Source of the DNA: Thermoplasmata archaeon
GTDB lineage: Archaea > Thermoplasmatota > Thermoplasmata > Lutacidiplasmatales > UBA184
Reading direction: 5' to 3'
Assembly: GCA_035625165.1 (NCBI GenBank)
Contig: DASPQC010000003.1
Span: 2,101-66,100 of the forward strand
Length of the DNA stretch: 64,000 nt
The notes beneath the pieces are model-generated. The model was not told where the DNA came from, did no database searches, and saw only the letters and a list, made by a program, of their open reading frames with translations. The position numbers and the translations under genes are program-made. This document shows, in pieces, positions 41,210 to 50,971 of the stretch; position 1 is the stretch's first letter; each line of letters begins with the position of its first letter.

Positions 41210-42681
41210 CTCGGTTCGAGTGTGTCCCCAATTTCTCGGAGGGACGAGACGAGACGAAGATCGGACGGATCACCGCGGCCGCGCGAGAGGTTCCGGGCGT
41301 GACCGTCCTGGACGCGGAACGGAACGCCGACCACAATCGCTGCGTCATCAGCCTGGTAGGGGAGGGCGATGCGCTCCTCGAGGCCGTGGTCCGCATGATG
41401 AAGGTCGCGACCGCGACCATCGACCTCACTCACCACCAGGGGGAGCATCCCCGCATGGGGGCGACCGACGTCGTCCCCTTCGTCCCCCTCGGCGAATCGA
41501 CCATGGCGGACGCGGTGAAGCTCGCCGAACGGCTCGGCGAGCGGGTCGCTCGCGAACTCGAGATCCCCGTCTACCTCTACGGCCGAGCGGCCCGTCGACC
41601 CGAACGGACGGACCTCGCGAAGGTGCGTGAGGGGCAGTTCGAGGGAATCCGTGCGTCCATCGCGACCGACCCTGCGCGGGCCCCCGACTTCGGCCCCTCC
41701 CGAGTTCACCCGACCGCCGGGGCGGTCGCGATCGGGGCTCGGCCCGTCCTCATCGCCTACAACGCCTACCTTACCACCCCGGACGTCGCGGTCGCGAAAC
41801 GGATCGCCAAGGCCGTGCGCGCCCGCGACGGGGGGCTTCCCGAGGTGAAGGCGCTGGGCTTCGAGATCCGCGAGCGCAACCGGGCCCAGGTGTCGATGAA
41901 CCTGACCGACTACCGCATTACCCCCGTCCATCGCGCGTTCGAGGCGGTTAGGCTCGAGGCGGCGCGGTACGGCGTCGACATCGAGGAGTCCGAGGTGGTG
42001 GGCCTCATTCCCGAGGACGCGCTGTTCGATGCTTCCGAGTACTACCTTCGGCTCCACGGCTTTGACCGCGCCAACGTGCTCGAGCGGAAGGTCCGCGCGG
42101 TAGACACCTCGGGCCCCGGTCACGAGTCGATCGCGTCGTTCGCTGCCCGGCTCGCGGCCCGAACTCCGACCCCGGGCGGCGGGAGCGCGGCGGCCCTGGT
42201 CGCCGCCCTCGCCTGCGCCCTCGGGGAGATGGTCCTCGCCTACTCGATCGACCCGGCGAAACCGTCGGAAGAGCTTCGCGCCCTCTCCGAGCGACTGACG
42301 GTCGCGCGGACCCGGTTCCTCGACCGGATGGACGAAGACGCGCGCTCCTACGACGCCGTCCGCAGTGCGCGCCGGGCGCGCAAGGAACACCCGGACGACC
42401 CGGCGGCGAAGGCGACGGTCCTCGCCGCGATCCGAGGCGCGGCGGAGGTGCCGCTCGGCACCGCGCGCGACGCCGTCGAGCTCGCGAAGCAGCTCGCGAG
42501 CGTGCGAGAGCACACCAAGGCGGCGCTCGGGAGCGACCTCGTCACCTCGCTGGCGATGTTCCGGGCGGCGGCCGAAGGGGCGCTCGCCAACGTTTCGATC
42601 AACCTCGACGACCTCAGGGCGGCGGGCGAACCGACCGCGGAGATGGAGGCGGAGGTCGCGCGGCTCCGGCCGACGGAGTGA
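41206..42681 (+). CDS. Glutamate formimidoyltransferase fused to formiminotetrahydrofolate cyclodeaminase domain
   Basis: MTRFECVPNFSEGRD...NRCVISLVGE...HPRMGATDVVPF is the FT domain. The C-terminal TPGGGSAAALVAALACALGEMV is cyclodeaminase-type. ATGA overlap with the fen stop. Confidence 0.88.
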   Translation: MTRFECVPNFSEGRDETKIGRITAAAREVPGVTVLDAERNADHNRCVISLVGEGDALLEAVVRMMKVATATIDLTHHQGEHPRMGATDVVPFVPLGESTMADAVKLAERLGERVARELEIPVYLYGRAARRPERTDLAKVREGQFEGIRASIATDPARAPDFGPSRVHPTAGAVAIGARPVLIAYNAYLTTPDVAVAKRIAKAVRARDGGLPEVKALGFEIRERNRAQVSMNLTDYRITPVHRAFEAVRLEAARYGVDIEESEVVGLIPEDALFDASEYYLRLHGFDRANVLERKVRAVDTSGPGHESIASFAARLAARTPTPGGGSAAALVAALACALGEMVLAYSIDPAKPSEELRALSERLTVARTRFLDRMDEDARSYDAVRSARRARKEHPDDPAAKATVLAAIRGAAEVPLGTARDAVELAKQLASVREHTKAALGSDLVTSLAMFRAAAEGALANVSINLDDLRAAGEPTAEMEAEVARLRPTE

Positions 42682-43403
42682 TGGGAGCCGCCGAAGCCGC
42701 CGCCCCGGGGCCCCATCGTCCCGCCGTCTGGGTCAACTGCGCGGTCTCCCTGGACGGGCGCCTCGCGTTTGCCGGGGGCGAGCGCGCGCGGCTCTCGTCG
42801 GAGGCGGACCTCTACCGAGTGCAGCGCCTCCGGGCCCACTCGGAGGCGATCCTGGTGGGCGTCGGCACGGTCATCAAGGACGACCCCTCCCTGCGGGTCC
42901 ACTGGGAGCTCCTCGGGGAACCCGAGGGAACAAACCCGACCCGCGTCATCGTCGACGGAAGTGGCCGCACCCCGGAGCGGGCACGGGTCCTGGACGGGAA
43001 GGCTCCCACCATTCTCGCGACGAGCGAGCGGTCGACCCGCTCGTTCCCGCCGCACGTGCGCACCGTGGTCGCCGGACGAGACCGGGTCGACCTCGAGGTC
43101 CTCTTCCTCCGCCTCTACGAGTTCGGCATCCGCCGGCTGATGGTCGAGGGAGGCTCGGGGATCCTCTCGAGCGTCCTCCGCGGTCAGCTCTTCGACCGCC
43201 TCACCGTCTACTTCGCCCCCGTCCTCATCGGGGGGACGACCGCGCCGCCGATGCTCGCGGGTCCGGAGACCAAAGGGACGGACCCGCTCACCGAGCTCGC
43301 TCTCGTGAGCGTCGAGCGTCTCGGTCCGGGATACGTCGCCACCTACGTCCCGAAGGACCGGGGGGAGCCGGATGCTTCCCACGCGGCGATTCGACCCCCC
43401 TGA
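42678..43403 (+). CDS. 2,5-diamino-6-ribosylamino-4(3H)-pyrimidinone 5'-phosphate reductase (RibD C-terminal domain family)
   Basis: VWVNCAVSLDGRLA, ILVGVGTVIKDDPSL, RLMVEGGSGILSS. The start overlaps the FTCD stop (alternative ATG 42681). Confidence 0.85.
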   Translation: MMGAAEAAAPGPHRPAVWVNCAVSLDGRLAFAGGERARLSSEADLYRVQRLRAHSEAILVGVGTVIKDDPSLRVHWELLGEPEGTNPTRVIVDGSGRTPERARVLDGKAPTILATSERSTRSFPPHVRTVVAGRDRVDLEVLFLRLYEFGIRRLMVEGGSGILSSVLRGQLFDRLTVYFAPVLIGGTTAPPMLAGPETKGTDPLTELALVSVERLGPGYVATYVPKDRGEPDASHAAIRPP

Positions 43404-43470
43404 CATCGAAACGCACCTTCATATCCCACCGCCCCGGTGAATCTCGGGAGGTCTCCCTCGGAGCATCGGT

Positions 43471-43860
43471 ATGAGCGCCCCCAGTTACGCACCGGCGCCG
43501 TCGCGGCCCATCGGCGTTTCCATCCTCGCCTTCCTGGTCGGACTGTTTGGCGTCCTCTGGATCGTGCTCGGGGCGTTCGTCCTCGCCGGTGCCGCCGCTC
43601 CGGCCTTACTCGGTGCGGGGAACGTCCTCGGGCTCTCCGGCGTGATCGCGGGTGCGGTCATCCTCATCCTCGGCCTCATCATCCTCGGCCTCGCGCTCGG
43701 GCTCTGGCACCTCCGCCTCTGGGCGCTGGTCCTCACTCTGCTCTTCATGATCTTCGAGATGGTGAGCTACGGCCTCGCCGGTCGGTTCGTGAGCCTGGGC
43801 TTCATCCTCGCGGCACTTCTGTTCATCTATCTCCTCGCGGTCTCCCGTCACTTCCGGTAA
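43471..43860 (+). CDS. Hypothetical 4-TM membrane protein
   Basis: 129 aa, four hydrophobic spans. No family recognised. Confidence 0.55.
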   Translation: MSAPSYAPAPSRPIGVSILAFLVGLFGVLWIVLGAFVLAGAAAPALLGAGNVLGLSGVIAGAVILILGLIILGLALGLWHLRLWALVLTLLFMIFEMVSYGLAGRFVSLGFILAALLFIYLLAVSRHFR

Positions 43861-43935
43861 GACCGCCCCCCGCCCCGGAACGGTCTGCGCGCACCGTTAT
43901 CAACCCGGAGGCTTCCCCGGTCCGCGAGGGCTCCG

Positions 43936-44913
43936 ATGAAGCTGGTACACTTCACCCTCCAGGATCAGTTCCATTTCGGGATGATCACGGACGCCAACGA
44001 GTTCATCGACCTCGACATCGCCTGCCGCGACTACTTCGGGGTCAACCCCGTGAAGGGCGCCGACCCGAGCCGGTTCCGCGACATGCAGGCCTTCTTCCGA
44101 GGGGGCGCCGACTCGGTCGAGCTGACGAAGAAGATCACCGACTACATCGACCGGCGGCGGTCGATGGGCTGGACGCCGCGGGCGGCCACCGGCGCGCGTT
44201 TTCTGTTCAAGGCCGAGGAGGGCGTGAAGCTCGCGGCGCCGGTCGTCCGCGGCCAGAAGATCTACTGCCTCGCCTCCAACTCGAAGAGCCACCTCGCGGA
44301 GCAGCAGAAGCCGACCCCGAAGCAGCCGTACGTCTTCACGCGGTTTTCGAACAGCCTGGTCGGCCCGAGCGAGGCGCTCATCCTCAACCCGGCCGGCGCG
44401 TTCCCGGACGTCGAACTGGAGCTCGCCGCCGTCATCGGCCGTCGGGGAAAGCACATCGCGCCCGAGCAGGCGATGGAGTACGTCGCGGGCTACACGATCG
44501 CCCTCGACATGGGCTACCGCGACCTCCAGTATCCCGGTGAAGGGCCGACCGACTGGGTGATGGGCAAGGGGTTCGACTCGACCATGGCGGTCGGCCCGTG
44601 GGTCGTGCCGAAGGAGGAGGTCGGTGACCCCTACCCGCTCGCGATGGAGCTCAAGGTCGGCGGGACCGTCCGCCAGAAAGGCGACAGCTCCGACTACGTC
44701 TTCCGCATCCCACAGATCGTCGCTCACCTCTCGACGGGGATCACGCTCGAGCCGGGAGACCTGCTCTCGCTGGGGAGTCTCGGGGGCGTACCGGGCTATG
44801 AGTTCGGGAACGAGTCGCGGAAGCTGAAGGCGGGGGACCAGGTGGAAGCGTCGATCGAAAAGATCGGACGGCTCCTCATCCCGGTGAAGGCCGAAGCTCC
44901 GCCTCCCCCCTGA
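43936..44913 (+). CDS. Fumarylacetoacetate hydrolase (FAH) family protein
   Basis: The C-terminal FAH fold has VELELAAVIG...A..YV.GYT...D...RD and PGDLLSLGSLGGV. Confidence 0.85.
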   Translation: MKLVHFTLQDQFHFGMITDANEFIDLDIACRDYFGVNPVKGADPSRFRDMQAFFRGGADSVELTKKITDYIDRRRSMGWTPRAATGARFLFKAEEGVKLAAPVVRGQKIYCLASNSKSHLAEQQKPTPKQPYVFTRFSNSLVGPSEALILNPAGAFPDVELELAAVIGRRGKHIAPEQAMEYVAGYTIALDMGYRDLQYPGEGPTDWVMGKGFDSTMAVGPWVVPKEEVGDPYPLAMELKVGGTVRQKGDSSDYVFRIPQIVAHLSTGITLEPGDLLSLGSLGGVPGYEFGNESRKLKAGDQVEASIEKIGRLLIPVKAEAPPPP

Positions 44914-46144
44914 GGACCAGGAACAGCGCGACGGGGAGGGGCAGCTCGTCCGTCCCCTCGGGGTGGCCGGTCACGCCGTTGCCGGGAAACGAGTAGCGGA
45001 CCTCCTCGAGGTACTTCACGGCGGTGCGGTCCCCGTCGAGCGGGAACGCGACCGCGTCCCGGAACGGGTCGAAGCCGTCGATCGCGTCGCGCGAGAGGGG
45101 AACGACCCGGAACCCCGTTCCCCCGTGGAGGGATCCGGGAAGACGGATGAGGCGGTGGATGTCCGTCGTGACCGGGGCGTCCGTCTCTCCCTGGACGTCG
45201 ACCGAGGCCCCCGCGATGACCGCTTCGAGAAAGCCGGACGGGAGCTTCTGCTTGAAGACGTCGAGGGAGAGGGAGGAACGGATCTTGGCCGCGCCCCCTT
45301 TCGTGACGAGCAGTCGCGCGACCCGGTGCGCCTCCGCGGCTTCGAGGCCGTACCCCCGAAGGTCCTGCTCCGCGGCCCCGACCCCGGAGCGCTCCCATCG
45401 CTCGAGGGCCTGAAGCAGGGCTCGGGTCGTGCGACCGCGCCACCCGGGGGCGTCCGGCGGGGCGAGCGTCACAAGACGCGGGGCCGACCGGGCGGCGGAC
45501 GACGACCCGTCGTCGTCCAGCACCTGGGCCGTCCGCCCCCGGCGGACATCCTCCCGTCGGCGCTCGACGGCGCGCAGGGGGTCAACCCCCGTGCCCAGAA
45601 CGTAGTCGACCAGCTCGCGGCGCTCCGGGCTGGTCAGCGAAAGGAACCGATCGTCGCGCACGTGGACATGGTAGCCTCGACCTCCCGAGAAGACGAACTC
45701 CGTGGACGCCGGGTCGATGCCGAAGTCACCGAGGAGGAAGTCGTCCACGAGGTCGATGAGGCGGGACTTCACGAGGGCGAGCTGGCCGGCGTAGTCGAGG
45801 GTCGCGGCGCCGCGGAGGTGGTCGGAATCGAGGTCGAAGATCAGGTCGGCGCCGAGCCACTCCTTGGCCGCCATGTTCGGCGCCTCGGGATGGCGGTAGT
45901 AGGCCGAGGAGTAGTAGACGTGGCGCGGCACCTGCCGGCGGAGGAAGTCGCGGAACGCGTCGGCCGTGGCCAGGGTCGCATGGCGGCGCATCAGCGTCTC
46001 CGTCAGGAACGGGAACGCGGCGAACTCGCGGCGGGCCAGCCGGTAGGGGGGCTCGACCGCGGCCCCCGCGTAGTACCGCTGGAACGCCGCGCGCGCCCAG
46101 CCCAGGGTCGCGGAGTCCAGGGGGACGTTCTTCGCCACCGTCAC
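44876..46144 (-). CDS. priS: DNA primase small (catalytic) subunit PriS
   Basis: YYSSAYY, catalytic LIFDLDSDH, FSGGRGYHVHV. Start set at GTG 46144, overlapping the KH gene stop (GTGA). Confidence 0.9.
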   Translation of the reverse strand: MTVAKNVPLDSATLGWARAAFQRYYAGAAVEPPYRLARREFAAFPFLTETLMRRHATLATADAFRDFLRRQVPRHVYYSSAYYRHPEAPNMAAKEWLGADLIFDLDSDHLRGAATLDYAGQLALVKSRLIDLVDDFLLGDFGIDPASTEFVFSGGRGYHVHVRDDRFLSLTSPERRELVDYVLGTGVDPLRAVERRREDVRRGRTAQVLDDDGSSSAARSAPRLVTLAPPDAPGWRGRTTRALLQALERWERSGVGAAEQDLRGYGLEAAEAHRVARLLVTKGGAAKIRSSLSLDVFKQKLPSGFLEAVIAGASVDVQGETDAPVTTDIHRLIRLPGSLHGGTGFRVVPLSRDAIDGFDPFRDAVAFPLDGDRTAVKYLEEVRYSFPGNGVTGHPEGTDELPLPVALFLVLRGEAELRPSPG

Positions 46145-46713
46145 TCCGGTGGGGCCCCGGCATCGACGGGCGCCGTCGCCTCGGCGACGGCGGCGTCCCG
46201 CTTGAGCCGGGTCAGCAGATGGAAGACGGTCGAATGTTCGCTTCCCTTCAGGAGGAGCTCCACCGCTCGGGTCGCCCGGTCGAGCTGCTCCTCGGTTCCG
46301 ATGAGCGCGACGGTCGAACCGTAGACACTGACGGAGCAACCGGACAGCTCCTCGATCCGCTCCCGGGCGCGGCCGCCCGTGCCGATCACTCTCGACCGGA
46401 TCCGCCGGAGCGCCGCCTTCTCCTTGTGGCCGGTGGTGAACTTGATGTCGAGAATCGCGAGGAACGTGTTCTCCTTGAGGAGCCGCATCGCGCGCCCCGG
46501 CGAGAACCCCCTCCCGATCGCGAGCACGATGTCCCGGGCGGTGAGCACGCTCATCGGGTCGGTGTCGGGCCCGGTGAGGCGGACCTCGCCTTCCTCGGCG
46601 TCCACGACGACCTCGGTGGAGGTCTGCCGCGCGATGTCCCGGCGGGTGCGGCCCCCCGCTCCGATCACGACCCCCACTCGGTCCTCCGGGATTCGCGCAT
46701 AGAGCGTCGGCAT
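46141..46713 (-). CDS. Two-KH-domain RNA-binding protein (Dim2/Pno1-like)
   Basis: Two GxxG KH loops (VIGAGGRTRRDI and VIGTGGRARERI). ATG 46713 lies 2 nt after the rio1 stop. The track start at 46719 is a TTG. Confidence 0.85.
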   Translation of the reverse strand: MPTLYARIPEDRVGVVIGAGGRTRRDIARQTSTEVVVDAEEGEVRLTGPDTDPMSVLTARDIVLAIGRGFSPGRAMRLLKENTFLAILDIKFTTGHKEKAALRRIRSRVIGTGGRARERIEELSGCSVSVYGSTVALIGTEEQLDRATRAVELLLKGSEHSTVFHLLTRLKRDAAVAEATAPVDAGAPPE

Positions 46714-46715
46714 CG

Positions 46716-47501
46716 TCAAGCCTCCCGCACCGGCGGACCGACCGTGTCGCCGCCGACCGCCCGGAGGAACTCGGAAGGCTCCACGGGATGGCCCAAGCGC
46801 TCGATGAACCGGGCGAAGTTCTCGACGTCCCGCTCGAGGAGGTGGCGCGCCGAAGGGTGGTCGGTCGCCACCGCCTGGGCGACGTCGATCAAGACGACCT
46901 TCCCGTCGTGGTAGAGCGTGTTGTAGGGGGAGAGGTCGCCGTGGACGAGCTTTGCCTCGCGCACCATCCGACCGATCTCCCCGACCAGGTCCTCGTAGAG
47001 CGCCGCGGGGTCGTCCACCACTGAATCGCGAAGACGGGGCGCCGCCCCCTCGGCGCTTCCGATGAACTCCATCACGAGGACGTTCTTGTAATGGCCGTAC
47101 GGCCTCGGCGCTCGGACGCCCGCCGCTTCGAGGCGCGAGAGGATGGTGTGTTCCCGCCGGGTCCAGGCGTAGATGAGTCCCCCGAAGTTCCGCACGCTGG
47201 TTTCGCGCCGAAGCTCGTCGACCGCGTAGGCGGGGAGGTTACGGAAGGTCGTGTTCGCGATGCGGTAGATCTTGACGGCGCGATACTCCTCGCCCTTGGT
47301 CGCCCGGAAGACCCCACCCTCCTTCCCCGTCGATATCGGGAAGTCGACCGCGTCGAACAGCCCCTGGTTCACGAGCCGGGAGACCGCGAGCAGGGTGGCG
47401 TGGTCGAAGAACTGGTCGACCACCTTCCGCTGCTGGCGCTCCTTGCGGCGGTCCTCGAACCGCTCGCGTCGCGGGAAGACGACGTCCTCGCTCCTCGGCA
47501 T
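46716..47501 (-). CDS. rio1: RIO-type serine kinase (Rio1)
   Basis: ISTGKEGGVF (P-loop-like), AVKIYR, LVHGDLSPYN catalytic loop, IDVAQAV metal-binding loop. Confidence 0.9.
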   Translation of the reverse strand: MPRSEDVVFPRRERFEDRRKERQQRKVVDQFFDHATLLAVSRLVNQGLFDAVDFPISTGKEGGVFRATKGEEYRAVKIYRIANTTFRNLPAYAVDELRRETSVRNFGGLIYAWTRREHTILSRLEAAGVRAPRPYGHYKNVLVMEFIGSAEGAAPRLRDSVVDDPAALYEDLVGEIGRMVREAKLVHGDLSPYNTLYHDGKVVLIDVAQAVATDHPSARHLLERDVENFARFIERLGHPVEPSEFLRAVGGDTVGPPVREA

Positions 47502-47601
47502 CCTCCCCCGGGGACCCCAAGCGACACTTAGGTTCTCGCTCGACCATCCCTCCGGCGGCGAGGAGGGCCAGGTATCCAGCTGGCGTGCGCGCCAGTGACT
47601 C

Positions 47602-47607
47602 TATAAA
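47602..47607 (+). promoter_or_regulatory. TATA box (TATAAA)
   Basis: Centred about 27 nt upstream of ATG 47632. Confidence 0.45.
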
Positions 47608-47631
47608 CCCCCCGGCAACGTAGAGCGCACA

Positions 47632-48195
47632 ATGGCCGCCTTCCTGGGCCCGACCCCCCGCCCCAGCCCTCCGCCGGCGAGCCCTCCCGAGGGACCCGTG
47701 CCGCTGCGGCCCGAGCTCGCTCGGCGACTCGAAAGCCCGGCGAGCTACGACGCCATCTTCCAGGTGGTCCGGGAGGCCGTCCGTCGGGTCCTCGGGATCG
47801 AGCGGCCCGGATTGGGACTCGGCCTCTCCGACCTCCCACCGGGGCTCGGGGCCTACTGGCAGGTCACCGGCAACCTCATCGTGATGAACGAGGGGTTGGT
47901 CGAAGTGATGCGCGACCGGGCCGGCTCCCCGGCGGAGTTCAACTCGTTCGTCTATGTCATCCTCGCGCACGAGTACCTTCATGCGTTGGGGTACCTGGAC
48001 GAGCGGTCGGTGCGCCAGGTGACGGCCCGGGTGACGAGGACCGCCTTCGGACCGAACCACATCGCGACGCGGATGGCCGAGGGTGACCTCTGGCGTCTCT
48101 ATCCGTTCCTGGCGTACGCTCCCGGCGGCCACGGTCGGCACCTTCGGGTCGTTCCGCGGTTCGACCTCGCGACCACGGACCAGTACATCCGGTAG
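47632..48195 (+). CDS. Hypothetical protein with HExxHxxGxxD zinc-peptidase-like motif
   Basis: 187 aa. VYVILAHEYLHALGYLDE is the only recognisable motif. The N-terminus is Pro-rich. Confidence 0.5.
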   Translation: MAAFLGPTPRPSPPPASPPEGPVPLRPELARRLESPASYDAIFQVVREAVRRVLGIERPGLGLGLSDLPPGLGAYWQVTGNLIVMNEGLVEVMRDRAGSPAEFNSFVYVILAHEYLHALGYLDERSVRQVTARVTRTAFGPNHIATRMAEGDLWRLYPFLAYAPGGHGRHLRVVPRFDLATTDQYIR

Positions 48196-48257
48196 CGGTC
48201 CGCGAGCGCCCCTCCGTCTTTATCTCGACCCCGGTCCTCCCCGACCGAGCGAGGACT

Positions 48258-48728
48258 GTGACGGAAGTAGTAGCGTCGTTCGGGATTGCCCTCATCATCC
48301 TCGGCATCATCCTCTTCGCGTTCGAGCTGATCCACCCGGGGGCGCTCCTCCTCATCCCCGGGTCGATCCTTCTGGTCGCGGGTTTCCTCTACCTGTTCCT
48401 CCCGGACACCCTGCTGGACAGCTGGGTCGGACCGTTCGCCATCGTCCTCGCCGCGGTGGTCGCGGGGCTCGTCGAGATCCCGTACTATCGTTGGGTCGCG
48501 CCGACGCATCGACCGCTCTCCACGACGAGCGGGGGACTGGTCGGCGAGGAGGCGATCGTCATCACGGCCGTGGAACCGAACAACCTCCGGGGAAAGGTGA
48601 GGGTCCGCTCGGAGATCTGGTCGGCGAGGGCCGACCGCCCGATTCCCGCAGGAACCCGGGTACGGATCGTCCACGGCGAGGGGGTCTCGGTCTCCGTCGT
48701 TCCTATCGAACCACCGAAGGCCCCATGA
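48258..48728 (+). CDS. NfeD-family membrane protein
   Basis: Three or four N-terminal TM spans, then a C-terminal OB-like segment GKVRVRSEIWSARAD..IPAGTRVRIVHGEGVSVSV. It lies upstream of an SPFH gene, the classic pairing. Confidence 0.78.
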   Translation: MTEVVASFGIALIILGIILFAFELIHPGALLLIPGSILLVAGFLYLFLPDTLLDSWVGPFAIVLAAVVAGLVEIPYYRWVAPTHRPLSTTSGGLVGEEAIVITAVEPNNLRGKVRVRSEIWSARADRPIPAGTRVRIVHGEGVSVSVVPIEPPKAP

Positions 48729-48820
48729 GACCCGAGGGGCGTTCGGAAAGGGTTACAGGTCGGGATGGATTGCCGGGGAGTGCGGAGAGCTGACGGGTCG
48801 GAGAGAAGGGGGTACTCACG

Positions 48821-50104
48821 ATGGACTACACGGTCATCGTCCTGGTGACGGTCTTCGCCGCGATCATCATCCTCGTCATCCTGACGCGGATGATCTACAC
48901 GATCCAGCCGTACCAGCAGGGGATTGTCACCCTGCTCGGGTCGTACAAGCGGATGATCAACCCCGGGTTCAACCTCGTGAGCCCGCTTGCGAGCGTCCTC
49001 AAGATCGACCTGCGGACGCAGGTGCTCGAGGTGCCCCGCCAGGAGGTCATCACGAAGGACAACTCGCCGACCAACGTCGACGCGATCATCTACATCAAGG
49101 TCGTCGACGCCCCGAAGGCGATCTTCCAAGTCCAGGACTACCACATCGCGACGGTCGCGCTCGCTCAGACGACCCTACGTTCGATCATCGGCGACATGGA
49201 ACTGGATGAGATTCTCTACAACCGGGAACGGATCAACACGCGCCTCCGAGATATCCTGGACGAGGCGACCGACAAGTGGGGCGTACGGGTCGATGCGGTC
49301 GAGATCAAGGAGGTCGACCCGGTGGGTCCTGTCAAGACCGCGATGGAGGAGCAGACGGCGGCCGAGCGTCAACGCCGGGCCGCGGTCCTGCGGGCCGACG
49401 GGGAGAAGCGGAGCGCGATCCTGGTCGCCGAGGGGCAGAAGCGGTCCCGTATCCTGCAGGCCGAGGGAGTCCGTCAGTCCCAGATTCTGGAGGCCGAAGG
49501 AGCCCGGGTCGCCACCATCCTGCAGGCCCAGGGAGAGTCCCAGCGCCTGCGCATCCTGTCGCTCGGAGCCGGCGTCCTCGACTCGAAGGCCTTGACCGTG
49601 CTCTCCCTGGACACGGTCGCGAAGGTCGGAGACGGCCAGGCGACCAAGATCCTCTTCCCGTTCGAGTTCTCGCGCCTCGTGGAAGGGGCGAGCGAGTACA
49701 TGGGCACGAGCCGGCAGGTGCCGGACCGCGCCCTCAGCACGCTGGACGAGCTCGAGAAGCGCATCGGTACGATGGACGACATCCTAGGCCCCATCCCCCG
49801 CCAGGAGGAGCTCCTGACCGAGATCAAGTCGATCGAGGACGAGATCAAGGCCGAATCGGACGAGTCCACCTCCCTCGTCTCCCCCTACGGTGGCAAGGCC
49901 GTGAAGGGCTCCCCGGCCCCCGAGCTCCCCAACGCGGACGAGATCGCTCCGCCGCCGTCCGGGACGGAAGGCAGGAGCCGGGGCATGCAAGCGCCGTCCG
50001 CTCCGTCGGCCGGCCCGCCCCCTTCGTCCGGCCCCGGGCAGTCCCCGGGCGCTCCTCCCGCCACGACGGACCCCCGGCGACGGCCTCCGCCGCCCTCCAC
50101 GTGA
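48821..50104 (+). CDS. SPFH/band-7 (stomatin-like) protein with long disordered Pro/Ser-rich tail
   Basis: N-terminal TM, PYQQGIVTLLGSYKR..., QEVITKDN, coiled-coil AAERQRRAAVLRADGEKRSAIL, and a low-complexity tail of about 100 aa. Confidence 0.9.
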   Translation: MDYTVIVLVTVFAAIIILVILTRMIYTIQPYQQGIVTLLGSYKRMINPGFNLVSPLASVLKIDLRTQVLEVPRQEVITKDNSPTNVDAIIYIKVVDAPKAIFQVQDYHIATVALAQTTLRSIIGDMELDEILYNRERINTRLRDILDEATDKWGVRVDAVEIKEVDPVGPVKTAMEEQTAAERQRRAAVLRADGEKRSAILVAEGQKRSRILQAEGVRQSQILEAEGARVATILQAQGESQRLRILSLGAGVLDSKALTVLSLDTVAKVGDGQATKILFPFEFSRLVEGASEYMGTSRQVPDRALSTLDELEKRIGTMDDILGPIPRQEELLTEIKSIEDEIKAESDESTSLVSPYGGKAVKGSPAPELPNADEIAPPPSGTEGRSRGMQAPSAPSAGPPPSSGPGQSPGAPPATTDPRRRPPPPST

Positions 50105-50152
50105 CCCTCGGGGCGCAGGATTATCCCCCGGCACGCGGTCCGCCGCGCCGCC

Positions 50153-50938
50153 ATGCCGAGCTGTATCGTCGAGGAACGGAAGGGCTCCGTCCTCGAGATT
50201 CGAATCGCCCGCCCCGACCGCCTAAACGCCCTGGACGCACCGATGTTCGGAGAGCTGCGCCACGCCCTGGAACGCGCGGCGCTCGACCCCGCGCTCCGCG
50301 CGGTCCTACTGACCGGCGAGGGGCGCGCGTTCAGCGCGGGCGGGGACGTGGGCGCGATGGAGGAGCACATGGCCCGCGGCGAGCTTCCGCGGGTCTTCCA
50401 CGAGATTTCCGGGGAGCTCGAGCACTCCGTCCGGGAGGTCGTCGGGATGCGTAAGCCGGTGCTGGCCGCGTTGCCCGGGGTCGCGGCGGGGGGAGGGCTT
50501 TCGCTGGCGCTCGCGTGCGACTGGCGGATCGCGTCGGAAGAGGCGGTCCTCGTCCCGGCGTTCCCGGCGCTCGGAGCGGTTCCCGATGGGGGTCTCACCT
50601 ACTTCCTTCCCCACTACCTCGGACTCGGGCTTGCCCAGGAGCTTCTGTTCACGAACGCCCGCATCGGAGCGGCCCGTGCGAAGGAGCTGGGGCTGGTCCA
50701 CGAGGTCGTGCCGGCCGCGGACCTGCGGCGGCGGGCGGCCGAGCGGGCGGAGGAGCTGGCCCACGGACCGACCTTCGCCTACGGCTGGATGAAGCAGCTC
50801 TTGAACTCAGCGTTCACCGGAAGCCTTGAGACCCAGATGATGCTCGAGCGGAGGGGCGCGGTGGAGGCCGCCCGAGGCAGCGAGCTGCCCGAGGGGGTCC
50901 GGGCGTTCCGCGAGAAGCGCCCTCCGAAGTTCTCCTGA
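50153..50938 (+). CDS. Enoyl-CoA hydratase/isomerase (crotonase) family protein
   Basis: LTGEGRAFSAGGDV, AALPGVAAGGGLSLALACD, ...GVRAFREKRPPKF. Confidence 0.88.
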   Translation: MPSCIVEERKGSVLEIRIARPDRLNALDAPMFGELRHALERAALDPALRAVLLTGEGRAFSAGGDVGAMEEHMARGELPRVFHEISGELEHSVREVVGMRKPVLAALPGVAAGGGLSLALACDWRIASEEAVLVPAFPALGAVPDGGLTYFLPHYLGLGLAQELLFTNARIGAARAKELGLVHEVVPAADLRRRAAERAEELAHGPTFAYGWMKQLLNSAFTGSLETQMMLERRGAVEAARGSELPEGVRAFREKRPPKFS

Positions 50939-50971
50939 GGGAACGCCACCGGTACTCCCCGGCCGGGCAGG

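Noticed and set aside
49900-50104. Pro/Ala/Ser/Gly-rich low-complexity coding tails (SPFH 49.9-50.1 kb; surface protein 23.7-23.9 kb; 34.15-34.29 kb; FtsZ-like 38.78-38.9 kb) as separate genes or repeats.
   Set aside because: They are in frame with, and contiguous to, well-supported upstream domains. I interpret them as disordered linkers or tails rather than independent features.
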